From: an uncultured virus (IMG/VR IMGVR_UViG_3300050202_000023)
Lineage: Duplodnaviria > Heunggongvirae > Uroviricota > Caudoviricetes
Reading direction: 5' to 3' (one strand)
Virus record (IMG/VR): IMGVR_UViG_3300050202_000023
Length of the DNA: 64,000 nt
Under the pieces are notes generated by a model. It was given only the letters and a program-made list of their open reading frames with translations, had not been told where the DNA came from and did not search any database. The translations under genes were made by a program, and so were the position numbers. Below, one piece after another: positions 18,035-27,721 of the stretch. How positions within the stretch are numbered: the stretch's first letter is position 1; every line of letters begins with the position of its first letter.

Positions 18035-19429
18035 TTAGTTGATACCTCTAATTTCTGCTGTATTTAATACAACACCAGTACCTGCTGTAGTAACATTAAA
18101 TCTAACAAATCTCCATTGTTCATTACTAACTTTAGCTTGTACTATGCCTAAAGCAGTTGTAATTGGAGTAGAGTTAAACCAGTTAGTACCATCAATAGAA
18201 AATTGAGGAGTTACAGTAGCCGCAGTAGTTTGTGCAGAACAGTTTATTGTAAAATTAAAGTTATTACATCCTTCAACATATAGTGTTTGACTTGTTGAGT
18301 TAAGTGTATTAGGTACAATAGTACGATCAATCAACTGTACTATTTGTTTTGCAGTATCATTGGTTTGTAATCTGTTAACTACTCTTGTAAAAGAAGGTGA
18401 AGTTCCGGTAACTGTTTGTACATATCTAATTCTGGCACCTCTTACAGTAATTTTTGGTGAACGATATATACCAGTTGCAGTAATTCTTGGGAAATCATAT
18501 ACTTTATACCAGTTAGTACCATTATCATCACTTTCTTCTATTGATAAATCCAATGTAGGTGTTGTACCACCTACAGCACTAACAACTATATTAGTAGAAT
18601 ATGAAGAACCAAAAGCTAAACTGATAGAACCTGATGTACTTGTTGTAGTAAGTGTACTTGATGTTATATCTACTGCAAGACTACTTGGTTGAAAGAAAAT
18701 CCCACCAATAGTATTAGTACCTGCCGGTAAAGTTGGTAAAGTCGTAATAGATGATACCGCAATAGTACCACTAACAGGTTGACTACTTAACCAAGGTGAA
18801 AAATCTTCATCAATTCTATTACAACTTACATTAGTAGTACCTGCTGTAGTAGCTGTATTAAGTCTTAAACGGAAATATCTGGCAATTACAGGAGTTACCC
18901 ATAAACCAGTATTCATAGTAGTACCTGTTAAACCAGTGGGTGCAAACATAGTAGCACCAATCCAGTTAGTATTATCATTGCTAAACTCTGGTGTTATTAC
19001 ACCACTTGTACCCATAGAAGTAATCTGAAAAGATACACTTCTGGCATTTAAGCAATCCAAAGACATTAGTATGGTGTTAATAGCAATTACTCCCGATTGG
19101 TTGTAATTAGTAGTTACCATACTTGAAGGAGTAGATAATACGTTTAATGGTGAAGCTCTTAATTGAGTATCAGTTAAACCTCTGTTTAAGTCTTCATAAA
19201 ATATTAAAAGAGCATCCGTATTATTCATTGCTGAGGTATCTCTATTTAATGTAAGTACATTAGTAGAGACACTACCACCCAATGTAGCATCTATTGGAGA
19301 ATATAGAATAGTATTATTAGTTGTGTTTATAACTGTTAATACTTGTGGTAGAGTAATACTTCCAAAATCATTAAATGTTATTTGCTTTGTTGTCTTGTTA
19401 AAGCTGTAATTATTTATAGCTATTTTCAT
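18035..19429 (-). CDS. tail fibre / receptor-binding protein with repeated beta-sandwich modules
   Basis: three repeats of S-x-D-(N/G)-T-N-W...(Y/F)xR; Thr-rich. Confidence 0.7.
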   Translation of the reverse strand: MKIAINNYSFNKTTKQITFNDFGSITLPQVLTVINTTNNTILYSPIDATLGGSVSTNVLTLNRDTSAMNNTDALLIFYEDLNRGLTDTQLRASPLNVLSTPSSMVTTNYNQSGVIAINTILMSLDCLNARSVSFQITSMGTSGVITPEFSNDNTNWIGATMFAPTGLTGTTMNTGLWVTPVIARYFRLRLNTATTAGTTNVSCNRIDEDFSPWLSSQPVSGTIAVSSITTLPTLPAGTNTIGGIFFQPSSLAVDITSSTLTTTSTSGSISLAFGSSYSTNIVVSAVGGTTPTLDLSIEESDDNGTNWYKVYDFPRITATGIYRSPKITVRGARIRYVQTVTGTSPSFTRVVNRLQTNDTAKQIVQLIDRTIVPNTLNSTSQTLYVEGCNNFNFTINCSAQTTAATVTPQFSIDGTNWFNSTPITTALGIVQAKVSNEQWRFVRFNVTTAGTGVVLNTAEIRGIN

Positions 19430-22230
19430 TTATGATAAAATTATGGCGTTTATAAAGGAGTTATTTGCTTGTTGGTTGTTCCACTGTGTTATTGTACCAG
19501 TATAACCTTGTTGAACGGCTATTTGATAAGCAGATAAACCAGTTGCCCCTGTGAGATTTATACCAGTAATATTAGTACCTGTTTCTAAAATAGAAGCACT
19601 GTAATTATAATCTGAAGTAATTAATGATTGTGCTGATTGTCCAGATATAGTTAAGTTTACAAAAGCAGCTCTATAAAATATACCTGTAAAACCATTTATT
19701 ATGCCACCAATTTTAGTAATTGTACCTGTTGCATCACTATAAGATGTTAATGGAATAGAAGAAGTAGCTACATTTATACCATTAATGTATAACTTCATTA
19801 TACCACCTTCTACAACTAACGCATATTGAATTAGTACATTATTAGTGTATGTGCTATTTGTTGTTATTTCATCTCCATTTGTGTTAGAATATAAAAAACC
19901 AGATACTTTACTACTATATCTATATGCTATACCATATTGAGTAGTATTATTTGTAGCATACATTCTTCCCATTAATCCAACATTATCTTGTCCTGATAAA
20001 GTAGGTTTAAACCAACCTATCATTAAAAAATTAGGACTACCTAAAGCTTTAAAATCACCTAAAGCACCTAAATCAAGATAATTCGCAGAATTACCATCAA
20101 AAGCTAATCCGGTTCCAGAATAAGTTAATCCATTTCCTTTTACTATAGCATCAGTACCACCACTAATTAAGTTTTTTAATACAGTATTATTAGCTAATGT
20201 CGTGTTAGTTCCTTTAGTAGCAGGATTAGTAATGTCAAACAGACCAATTGTTCCATTAANNNNNNNNNNGTACTTAAAACATCTGATTGTCTAAATATTT
20301 GATTTGTAGCATTAATCAATAATGGACTATACCCATTTGGAATTACTACAGCAGGAGTACCAGAACCAGAAGATGTAGAAGAGCCATCTACTTGAGTAAT
20401 TGCAGCAATAGTTGTTTGTACTCTTGCTTTAGCATCTACAGCAATAGATACTTCAATACCAGATATACCCTTTACTCTAACTTTAATGGTTTTGTCTGTT
20501 TTATTCTCTATAACAGTTTGTCTATTAACATTAGGTAAAGAAACAATACCATCTAAAGGAGCAGTTCCAGTAAATCTAACAAATTCATATTGAGCATCTA
20601 TCTCATTTATAGAAGCACTAACTGGTACAACATAGGGTAATGTAATTGTAACACTTTCACGTCTTACATTAATAAGTCTATTATTTTTACCAGCAGTATC
20701 ACCTACATGATTAGAGTTATACGGTGTAGTTATATTACCACCTGTAACGGTATTATTAGATGAATTAGTACCTAAAAACTGAACACCAGCATATAAGACT
20801 CCAGAAGTAGCACAATCAAATATATTATCTTCAAGTATATTATTGCTACATTCTAAATTAAGATTAGCTTCTAATAGTATACCATAAATACCTTTTGATT
20901 TTATAATATTGTTTTTGAAAACTGTTTCTCTGTTGTTTTGAAAAGTTATCCAACCTCCAGAATTTATGTCAACTACATCACCAGTTTCAAAATAGTTATC
21001 TTCAATACTACCTTTTAGTAGATTCTTGAATACAGCATGACCATTGGTATTACCAGATACTGATTTATTATTTCTAACTACAGGATTTACAGTAAGCAGT
21101 TCTAAATTATTAGGACCATTTTCAACACTTATATAAGATAAACTTCTGTTTTCTTCAACAGTTCTTCTTGTAAAATTATAGAAGCTATTATTTTCAATTA
21201 ATAGTTGCTGAACACCTCCTACAGCTTCTAATCCAATATTGTAGGCATTATCTACTATATTGTTTGTCATTCTAACAATATTACCCTCACCTGATACAGA
21301 TATAGCCATACCGTGATGATCTCCCGCATCCGCAGAATATATACCAGTATTTTTGAATTGGTTATTATCAAATATCAGATTTTTATAACAAAGTACCCCT
21401 AATGCTCTATTGTTGGTTATTTCAAAACCAATTCTACCAATATTTTCAAATATACAATCTGTAATATAAACATTTTCAACAAATTTGTTAACTGAATCTA
21501 TAGTAAATTTTAAACCGTTTGTATTACAAGTAGGTGCAGAAAAATAACATTTATCAAAATATATATCTTTTAAATTCTTCTCAGCACTTGTTATTAAGCC
21601 ATAATAGTTTCTTACAGAAGATGTACTTGTACTAACAAAACCGATATTACTAAATCTAATATTAGTAGCATTGTCAGCAAAATTAACCATTTCATTAGTA
21701 CTACAAGTAAGAATAGTTTTATCTAATCCATCACCTGCTATAGAAACATTGTTTGATGAAAAAATAAAACTACCTACTCTATATGTACCTGAAGAAATGT
21801 AGAGAGTTTTTTTCCAAAAAGAAGCAGCTTGTATAGCATTAGTCAAAGCTGTAGTATTATCTACTACACCACCATCAACTAAATTAAACCAGAGTTTAGC
21901 ATCTCCATCAAATTCACCTATCCATCTACCAGATCCTTTTCCAGTGGCTGATAGTACAATACTATTGTCTATTGTAGCTGTACTGGAAGATACATAGTTA
22001 TATACTCTACCGTCAGTTAAAATCAATCTGTTAATTGTACCAGAATAAGATGTTATATCTGAAGGGGTTTGAAATATATATGGTTGATTTATAGGATAAG
22101 ATATAATCTGTCCTGTACTATTAGTAACATATATATCAAAACCAGTACCAACACGTACAAAATAAATAGTATCTTTTATTAATGTGTTAGGTAAAGTTGC
22201 TACTACCTTTTCAACTCTAAACTCAGCCAT
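19430..22230 (-). CDS. tailspike: beta-helix plus C-terminal LamG-like domain, one gene split by the N gap at 20260-20269
   Basis: GVVDNTTALTNAI cap motif and beta-helix repeats. After the gap, an open frame (NGTIGLFDI...GLAFDGNSANYLDLG) joins ORF 19430-20023 (GWFKP, MKLYING, GLSAYQIAV). Confidence 0.75.
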
Positions 22231-22232
22231 AA

Positions 22233-22775
22233 TTACCAGTTAATAGTACTCCAGTTTTTTACTTCATCTCCATTATAATTAAGTACTCCATTAACAACAG
22301 ATAATAAATCTAATTGTGTTTTATTAGTGTGGGTATGACTATTAGTAACAGCTAAATCTATATTAGCAGGGCTGAAAGTAGGTTTACCAGTAATATTAGC
22401 CCAAGATAAAACCATATCAAGACTTTCAAACTCAGCTATCTTAGTCCAAGTACTAGTACCCGGATTAAAAACATAGGTAGCACCACCAGTAGAAACTGTA
22501 ACATCTCCTGTAGCATTAATAACATAAGCTAATGTGACTACAGAAGGAGCTAAAGCATTTCTAGCAGTAATATCATTTACTACTCTGGTAGTGTTTATAC
22601 TAGACAATTGGGCTGCTATGAGTGTATTAATCATAGCACTATTACCAATAGATCTGGCTACACCAGATGAAGAAGTTATATAACTTTCTGCATAAGTGTT
22701 ATTTTGAACAAAATAAACAGCATTAGGATCTAATGAACCGGGTAAAGAAGTTACTTTGTGAAACTTGAGTTCCAT
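22233..22775 (-). CDS. tail extender / adaptor protein
   Basis: N-terminus FHKVTSLPGSLDPNAVYFV is paralogous to the tailspike N-terminus; VNDITARNAL and WANITGKP motifs. Confidence 0.7.
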   Translation of the reverse strand: MELKFHKVTSLPGSLDPNAVYFVQNNTYAESYITSSSGVARSIGNSAMINTLIAAQLSSINTTRVVNDITARNALAPSVVTLAYVINATGDVTVSTGGATYVFNPGTSTWTKIAEFESLDMVLSWANITGKPTFSPANIDLAVTNSHTHTNKTQLDLLSVVNGVLNYNGDEVKNWSTINW

Positions 22776-22799
22776 TATATAATGTATTTAATTTAAAAT

Positions 22800-23102
22800 T
22801 TACCAATCAATTTGTACTAATGTATTATCATTATCTAAAGAGCCCGTACTAGATCCACAAAGACCCAGAGTGTAGGATGTAGGAGCACTAATAGCTATAC
22901 CAGTTTCACTATAATAAACAATGTTACCAGTCGGTAAACCAGTAGCAATAAAGTACTCTACAAATCTCCGTACAGGAATATTATTAGCACATACCCATTC
23001 TTCCTTCCATTTAGAAGTTTTAGGTTTTTCTAATAAATTACCGGATGGAGTATACTGTATTGGTTTGTTACAGCAAATCTCAGGAAGAACATCTATATAC
23101 AT
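22800..23102 (-). CDS. small tail adaptor protein, paralogue of 17724-18017
   Basis: WKEEWVCANNIPVRRFVEY. Confidence 0.7.
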   Translation of the reverse strand: MYIDVLPEICCNKPIQYTPSGNLLEKPKTSKWKEEWVCANNIPVRRFVEYFIATGLPTGNIVYYSETGIAISAPTSYTLGLCGSSTGSLDNDNTLVQIDW

Positions 23103-23165
23103 TAGTCAATAAAAGTAAGAAGTCAGTTTGCAGATACAATAATACTTTTTTTATTATAAAGCAAA

Positions 23166-26100
23166 TTATCTACTATTTCTTTGGGCCATGTTTTGATACT
23201 GAAGTACTTGACTAGGACTAAATAATTTTCCTAAATTATAGTATGGGCCAAAAACAGACTTTTCAAGTTTACTGGTTACTTTAAATTCCCCTTTTTCATA
23301 GCCGGGACCAGAACGAGAATACGTCTCAAACTCTAGGTTTGCTGCATCACTAAATAACTGACTAATTAAAGATACTGTATTATCATACGTTCTAACCTGA
23401 GCAATTGGAGACTTAACCAGTTGCCATGATTTATCATAGGTAGTAAAGGCTGTCTTTACACCATAAGCACCTACTAAAGGTAAATACATACCCAAGTCTC
23501 CCTGCATACGAACAGAAAACGCTTCAATATTCTGCATGACTACCCCGTTAGGATCGTCATCATCATCAAGTCCATGTATAGTAGCTGCTACTAAAGCAAA
23601 TAGTGTATACCATAATACATCAAAAGCTGTCTGGTGAGCTGCTTCATTTCTATTTTCAAAGTCATCACCATATAAATAACTAGCCGTAGCTTTACTATTT
23701 TTACTAATTGTACCTCCAACTAATTGATCAATAGCCCCAAGTGTTGGTCTAACGATAAACCCGTTACCAAGTATAGCAGCCCGTTTCCAGATTGATTGAG
23801 ACTCTTTAACTTCTTTTGATAACTGAGACCAGTATTTATTAAGAAAGCCCTGAGTTTCATCACCAGCTTCCCAGTCAAACCGTTCTCCACCAAACCGGTA
23901 CCGTAAACTTGAATAGATGTATTTTTTAAACATCATAACCATTTGACCAAGCCAGTGCCGTTGAAACATGGATTTATCAAATGATGCATAGTGTCCGTGT
24001 AATTGTTTGTTAACTGAGTGCAGTTGCTGCTGAAACTGTCTTAATTCATCAGAAGAAACATTATCAAAACTAATAGCTTGACCTTCTGTATACTGTACAG
24101 CATCCAGTAAAGATCGGCCATCAGCTAACTTAAACCCTCTAAGTTGAGCCGCCATACTTACTGTCTGAATTAAGTGTTCAGCTCCAGACTGTGTAAAGTA
24201 TAAAGCCCAATTCATCATTCGTTCAGTAGTACCGGTACGACTTATATTACCTTGATCATCAAGAATTTCTCCCTGAATAGCATCAAAGTATGTAGCTAAC
24301 TGAGTTAACATACTTCGTTTATCAGGATTAGTCTCTTGTAAGTCTTTAAAGAACTGTCCTTTTCTCATAGCAGTCCAGTAAAGCTCCTGACCTTTCCACC
24401 AGTCTTCGGGATGATAGTATTTACCTTTTACTGATTCAGAATAGTTTGCCAGAAAACCCACACCAATATTTCCAAACATACTGGACACGTTCAAAGCCAG
24501 ACTACCAAATGCAGTCATTCCAGATAAAACCTGACCAACTTTAGTCATATCAAGCTCTTTCCCCATTAACTTATATTGAGCTGCAAATACAGCATCTCCA
24601 TAAACAATGTCATCAAGAAATGAAACTAGCTTTTTATTAAGTCTGGCTGCTTTTTTAACACTTTGTCTAGGAATAATCTTATCTTTTAATTTCTGTTCCC
24701 ATCGTTCATCAATAGCTTGACGTTCCTCAATACTTAAAAAGGTATCACCCTGAATAAGTGTTTTCAAGTTTTGAATCTGTGGTTCAATATTACGCATAGC
24801 CCGGTACTGATTAGAAGCAGCTTTATACATTAATACCGATCTAAACAAATCTTCTTCAATATTTTCATCTTTAAGATAATGAGTAAACCGAGCTGGAATA
24901 CGTTTAATAGGCTGATTATTTAAGTACAACTCATTATACCTATGTTGGTTTGAGTCTTCCTGAGTTCCATTTATCCAGTGATAAGCATCCCGTATAGTTT
25001 TAGCAAATGTATGGTTAGCTAACCACTTCCATAACCGATCCCACCAACCATCATCACCAAAGTCGACGTTAGCCAGCTTTTCAACTTGAGGGATAATACC
25101 ATACTTTAAACCGACATACTTAAGGTTGTCATCATTAGCACTCTCATACATATCATAAAGCTCACGAGAATAATCCCACTTAGTCTGGTCAGCTTTTAGT
25201 GAGTTCCACTTAGCTTTAGTTTCTGCACCAAATCCATTATTATCAATATGATACTTTTGAGCTGGACGGGCTAACTTGTACTTGTTATAGTATAAGTGTG
25301 TTACACCAGTAAATGAATGAGCTTTATTTATATCAACCCATGAGTAATTAATGTTTCCAGAAGAATCACGAGCCCGGGCATAAACAAATGTGGTTTTGCC
25401 TATTGTATATGATACAAGATTTTCTAACGATTTTGGAAACTTAACTAGATTAGATCGTTTTTCTTCGGGGTCTTGTTGTACTCTGGCTTCACTACTGTTA
25501 GCTTTTATAAAACTGTTTATATGGGGCTTATCTAGTAAACGTCCATACTCATCCATAACCCCGTATTTCGCGTAATACTGAACTTTTCTTTCTTCACTAA
25601 TAGTACCATTATTTTCAGCAAAAAATGTACGAGTCACAGCCCGGTTCATCTTAGATCGAAGCCAAGCTATATTATCTATATCAACGTTAGGTACTTCGAG
25701 TACATATAGACCACTTTTTTTATCGATGTTAAATAACTCATCAAGAATTGCCTGAGCATAAATATTAGTTTTACCGTTTGCTTTTAAATAAGTAAGAAGT
25801 CCCTGTACATCAGGATTACCATTTGGCATACGTAAAGCTTTACCAGCAGCATCTCTTGGTACCTGTTCCATATACTGATCAATTTGACCAGTACGGGTTT
25901 TGAAAAAGTAATCGACATGACTGTCATATAAAGCATCATTAAACTCAGTCATAAAGGCTTTCTTGTATTGTCCTTTACGTTTGAATGTAACACCGGGCCA
26001 AACATCTATAACCAGTACGGGCCCATCCCAATCTTGATCAGCTTCATTATTTCCATCAGGATCATTATAAGGAATGATCACATTATGAGTCATAGCATCA

Positions 26101-27719
26101 TGGTATTGACCAATTTGAGCTGCCGTATATGACTTTTCCAGCTTTAGTAAATCCCGTACACCAGATAGATGACTAACATCTGCTCGGGTAATACCAAGTG
26201 CTTTATAGAGTTCATCTGATACAATGTTGGCTGTAATAGCCGTTACTGCATCTTTAGACTGTATTGGAGCATCTAAATTATACGTAAACCAATCTTCATC
26301 TTCCTGAGCACTTTTAAGAAGTGTAATAAAATCTTCTTCATTTAGTTTAAACTTACCATCATAAGTCTCTTGTTTAGCAGCAATCTTAGGCCATAACCAA
26401 TCTTTTACATTCTGGTAATGTTGCTCAGCTAGTTTAGACTTAAGTTTAAGACTGTACCCAACAGCTCTGGTTAGCAAAGCTTCAGCACTTTGTACCGGAT
26501 GATCTTCTCTAAGTTTTTTAATAAAGTCCTGTATTTGATCTTCTACAGCAAACGAACTTAAAGTTGGGCTCTGTTGAGACAAAACACTGGTTAGTACCGA
26601 CTGTAAACCCGGTACACTAAATAGACCACTTTTTAAAAACTCATCAACTCGTTGTCTAAGTCCGGGGGAAACTTCCCAACTATCCAGTTTGTCATTTATA
26701 TCACTAATAAACTTAGCTGAAAAGTCTACCTCTCCACCTTTAGTATCTTCAATTCCCTGTAAAGCTTTAATAGAGGTTAGTTCATCTCTAAACTTAACAA
26801 GGTCTTCAAATAAGTACAGGTAGTGCTTGGCTTTGTTTAATTCTATAGAAACCCACTTGATACGCTCATCTCGTTGTTCAGGGGTTAATAATTCATTAGT
26901 ACGAGTATCAATACCAGAATCAAGTTCAAGTTGTACACTACGAACTGACTTTTCATTCTCATAGTAGTTTTTGTAAATAGCTTCAAGCCAGCCAGAAGCC
27001 TGTACAATGTAAGCGGAAATACTTTCTACCGTAGCTAATGAATCGGTGTTATCAAGTTCTTTTAACAAACTTAGTAGCTTACCAATTCTAATATCTTTAT
27101 CAGGGGCATCAACTACTTTATCCTGTAGCTGAGTAATATATCGTTGTAGCTTAGCTTTAACACTATTAACTGTATTTACAAACAATTCTCGGTGTTCTTC
27201 AGACATATACTCATATTCTCCAGTTGGGTTCTGAGATAATGATAAATCCTTAAAGCTTTGAGCCAAGTCAGTCTGAGCCTCTACCTCAAGTTTGTTAATA
27301 CCAAAACCAGTTAAAAGGGAGTCATCAACTTCTTCTAACTCAGTCTGGTTTACATTTTGTAAATAAACAGGATTAATTAATGGCCGTACATCAATTCCAA
27401 CAATCTCAATATCTTTCTCGGCCTTTAGAGACTTGTCATATTCTTTAACTGTAGTACGAAATACTACAGGTCTGTTAGCAGTACCACCGCGTCTAAGATT
27501 TAATTCGTCAAGTTCTCTAAGTTGATCCTGATATGTAGCTGGTATAGCTGGATTAAGACGTAAGTACCCACTTCGTTGATAAAACAAAGGATCATCAACT
27601 GTACCAAGTGCTTTTATTTCATGAGCAATATCGTAATGATTGTCATTCAACCGATTCTTTTCAGTATCAGGAATAACACTTGGTAGTTTTTTAATATAAG
27701 CTAAGTCACAAGCAGCCAT
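23166..27719 (-). CDS. large virion ejection/cargo protein (1517 aa)
   Basis: directly downstream of the vRNAP; C-terminal region with LHGHY...GQMVMMFKKY and a hydrophobic segment, as in crAss-like cargo proteins. Confidence 0.65.
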   Translation of the reverse strand: MAACDLAYIKKLPSVIPDTEKNRLNDNHYDIAHEIKALGTVDDPLFYQRSGYLRLNPAIPATYQDQLRELDELNLRRGGTANRPVVFRTTVKEYDKSLKAEKDIEIVGIDVRPLINPVYLQNVNQTELEEVDDSLLTGFGINKLEVEAQTDLAQSFKDLSLSQNPTGEYEYMSEEHRELFVNTVNSVKAKLQRYITQLQDKVVDAPDKDIRIGKLLSLLKELDNTDSLATVESISAYIVQASGWLEAIYKNYYENEKSVRSVQLELDSGIDTRTNELLTPEQRDERIKWVSIELNKAKHYLYLFEDLVKFRDELTSIKALQGIEDTKGGEVDFSAKFISDINDKLDSWEVSPGLRQRVDEFLKSGLFSVPGLQSVLTSVLSQQSPTLSSFAVEDQIQDFIKKLREDHPVQSAEALLTRAVGYSLKLKSKLAEQHYQNVKDWLWPKIAAKQETYDGKFKLNEEDFITLLKSAQEDEDWFTYNLDAPIQSKDAVTAITANIVSDELYKALGITRADVSHLSGVRDLLKLEKSYTAAQIGQYHDAMTHNVIIPYNDPDGNNEADQDWDGPVLVIDVWPGVTFKRKGQYKKAFMTEFNDALYDSHVDYFFKTRTGQIDQYMEQVPRDAAGKALRMPNGNPDVQGLLTYLKANGKTNIYAQAILDELFNIDKKSGLYVLEVPNVDIDNIAWLRSKMNRAVTRTFFAENNGTISEERKVQYYAKYGVMDEYGRLLDKPHINSFIKANSSEARVQQDPEEKRSNLVKFPKSLENLVSYTIGKTTFVYARARDSSGNINYSWVDINKAHSFTGVTHLYYNKYKLARPAQKYHIDNNGFGAETKAKWNSLKADQTKWDYSRELYDMYESANDDNLKYVGLKYGIIPQVEKLANVDFGDDGWWDRLWKWLANHTFAKTIRDAYHWINGTQEDSNQHRYNELYLNNQPIKRIPARFTHYLKDENIEEDLFRSVLMYKAASNQYRAMRNIEPQIQNLKTLIQGDTFLSIEERQAIDERWEQKLKDKIIPRQSVKKAARLNKKLVSFLDDIVYGDAVFAAQYKLMGKELDMTKVGQVLSGMTAFGSLALNVSSMFGNIGVGFLANYSESVKGKYYHPEDWWKGQELYWTAMRKGQFFKDLQETNPDKRSMLTQLATYFDAIQGEILDDQGNISRTGTTERMMNWALYFTQSGAEHLIQTVSMAAQLRGFKLADGRSLLDAVQYTEGQAISFDNVSSDELRQFQQQLHSVNKQLHGHYASFDKSMFQRHWLGQMVMMFKKYIYSSLRYRFGGERFDWEAGDETQGFLNKYWSQLSKEVKESQSIWKRAAILGNGFIVRPTLGAIDQLVGGTISKNSKATASYLYGDDFENRNEAAHQTAFDVLWYTLFALVAATIHGLDDDDDPNGVVMQNIEAFSVRMQGDLGMYLPLVGAYGVKTAFTTYDKSWQLVKSPIAQVRTYDNTVSLISQLFSDAANLEFETYSRSGPGYEKGEFKVTSKLEKSVFGPYYNLGKLFSPSQVLQYQNMAQRNSR

Positions 27720-27721
27720 AA

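Noticed and set aside
20260..20269. two separate genes or a frameshift in tailspike A
   Set aside because: The break coincides with a 10-N gap, and the downstream frame is open right up to the gap.
14276..23102. diversity-generating retroelement acting on tail genes
   Set aside because: No reverse transcriptase and no template/variable repeat pair differing at adenines were seen; the similarities are protein-level paralogy.
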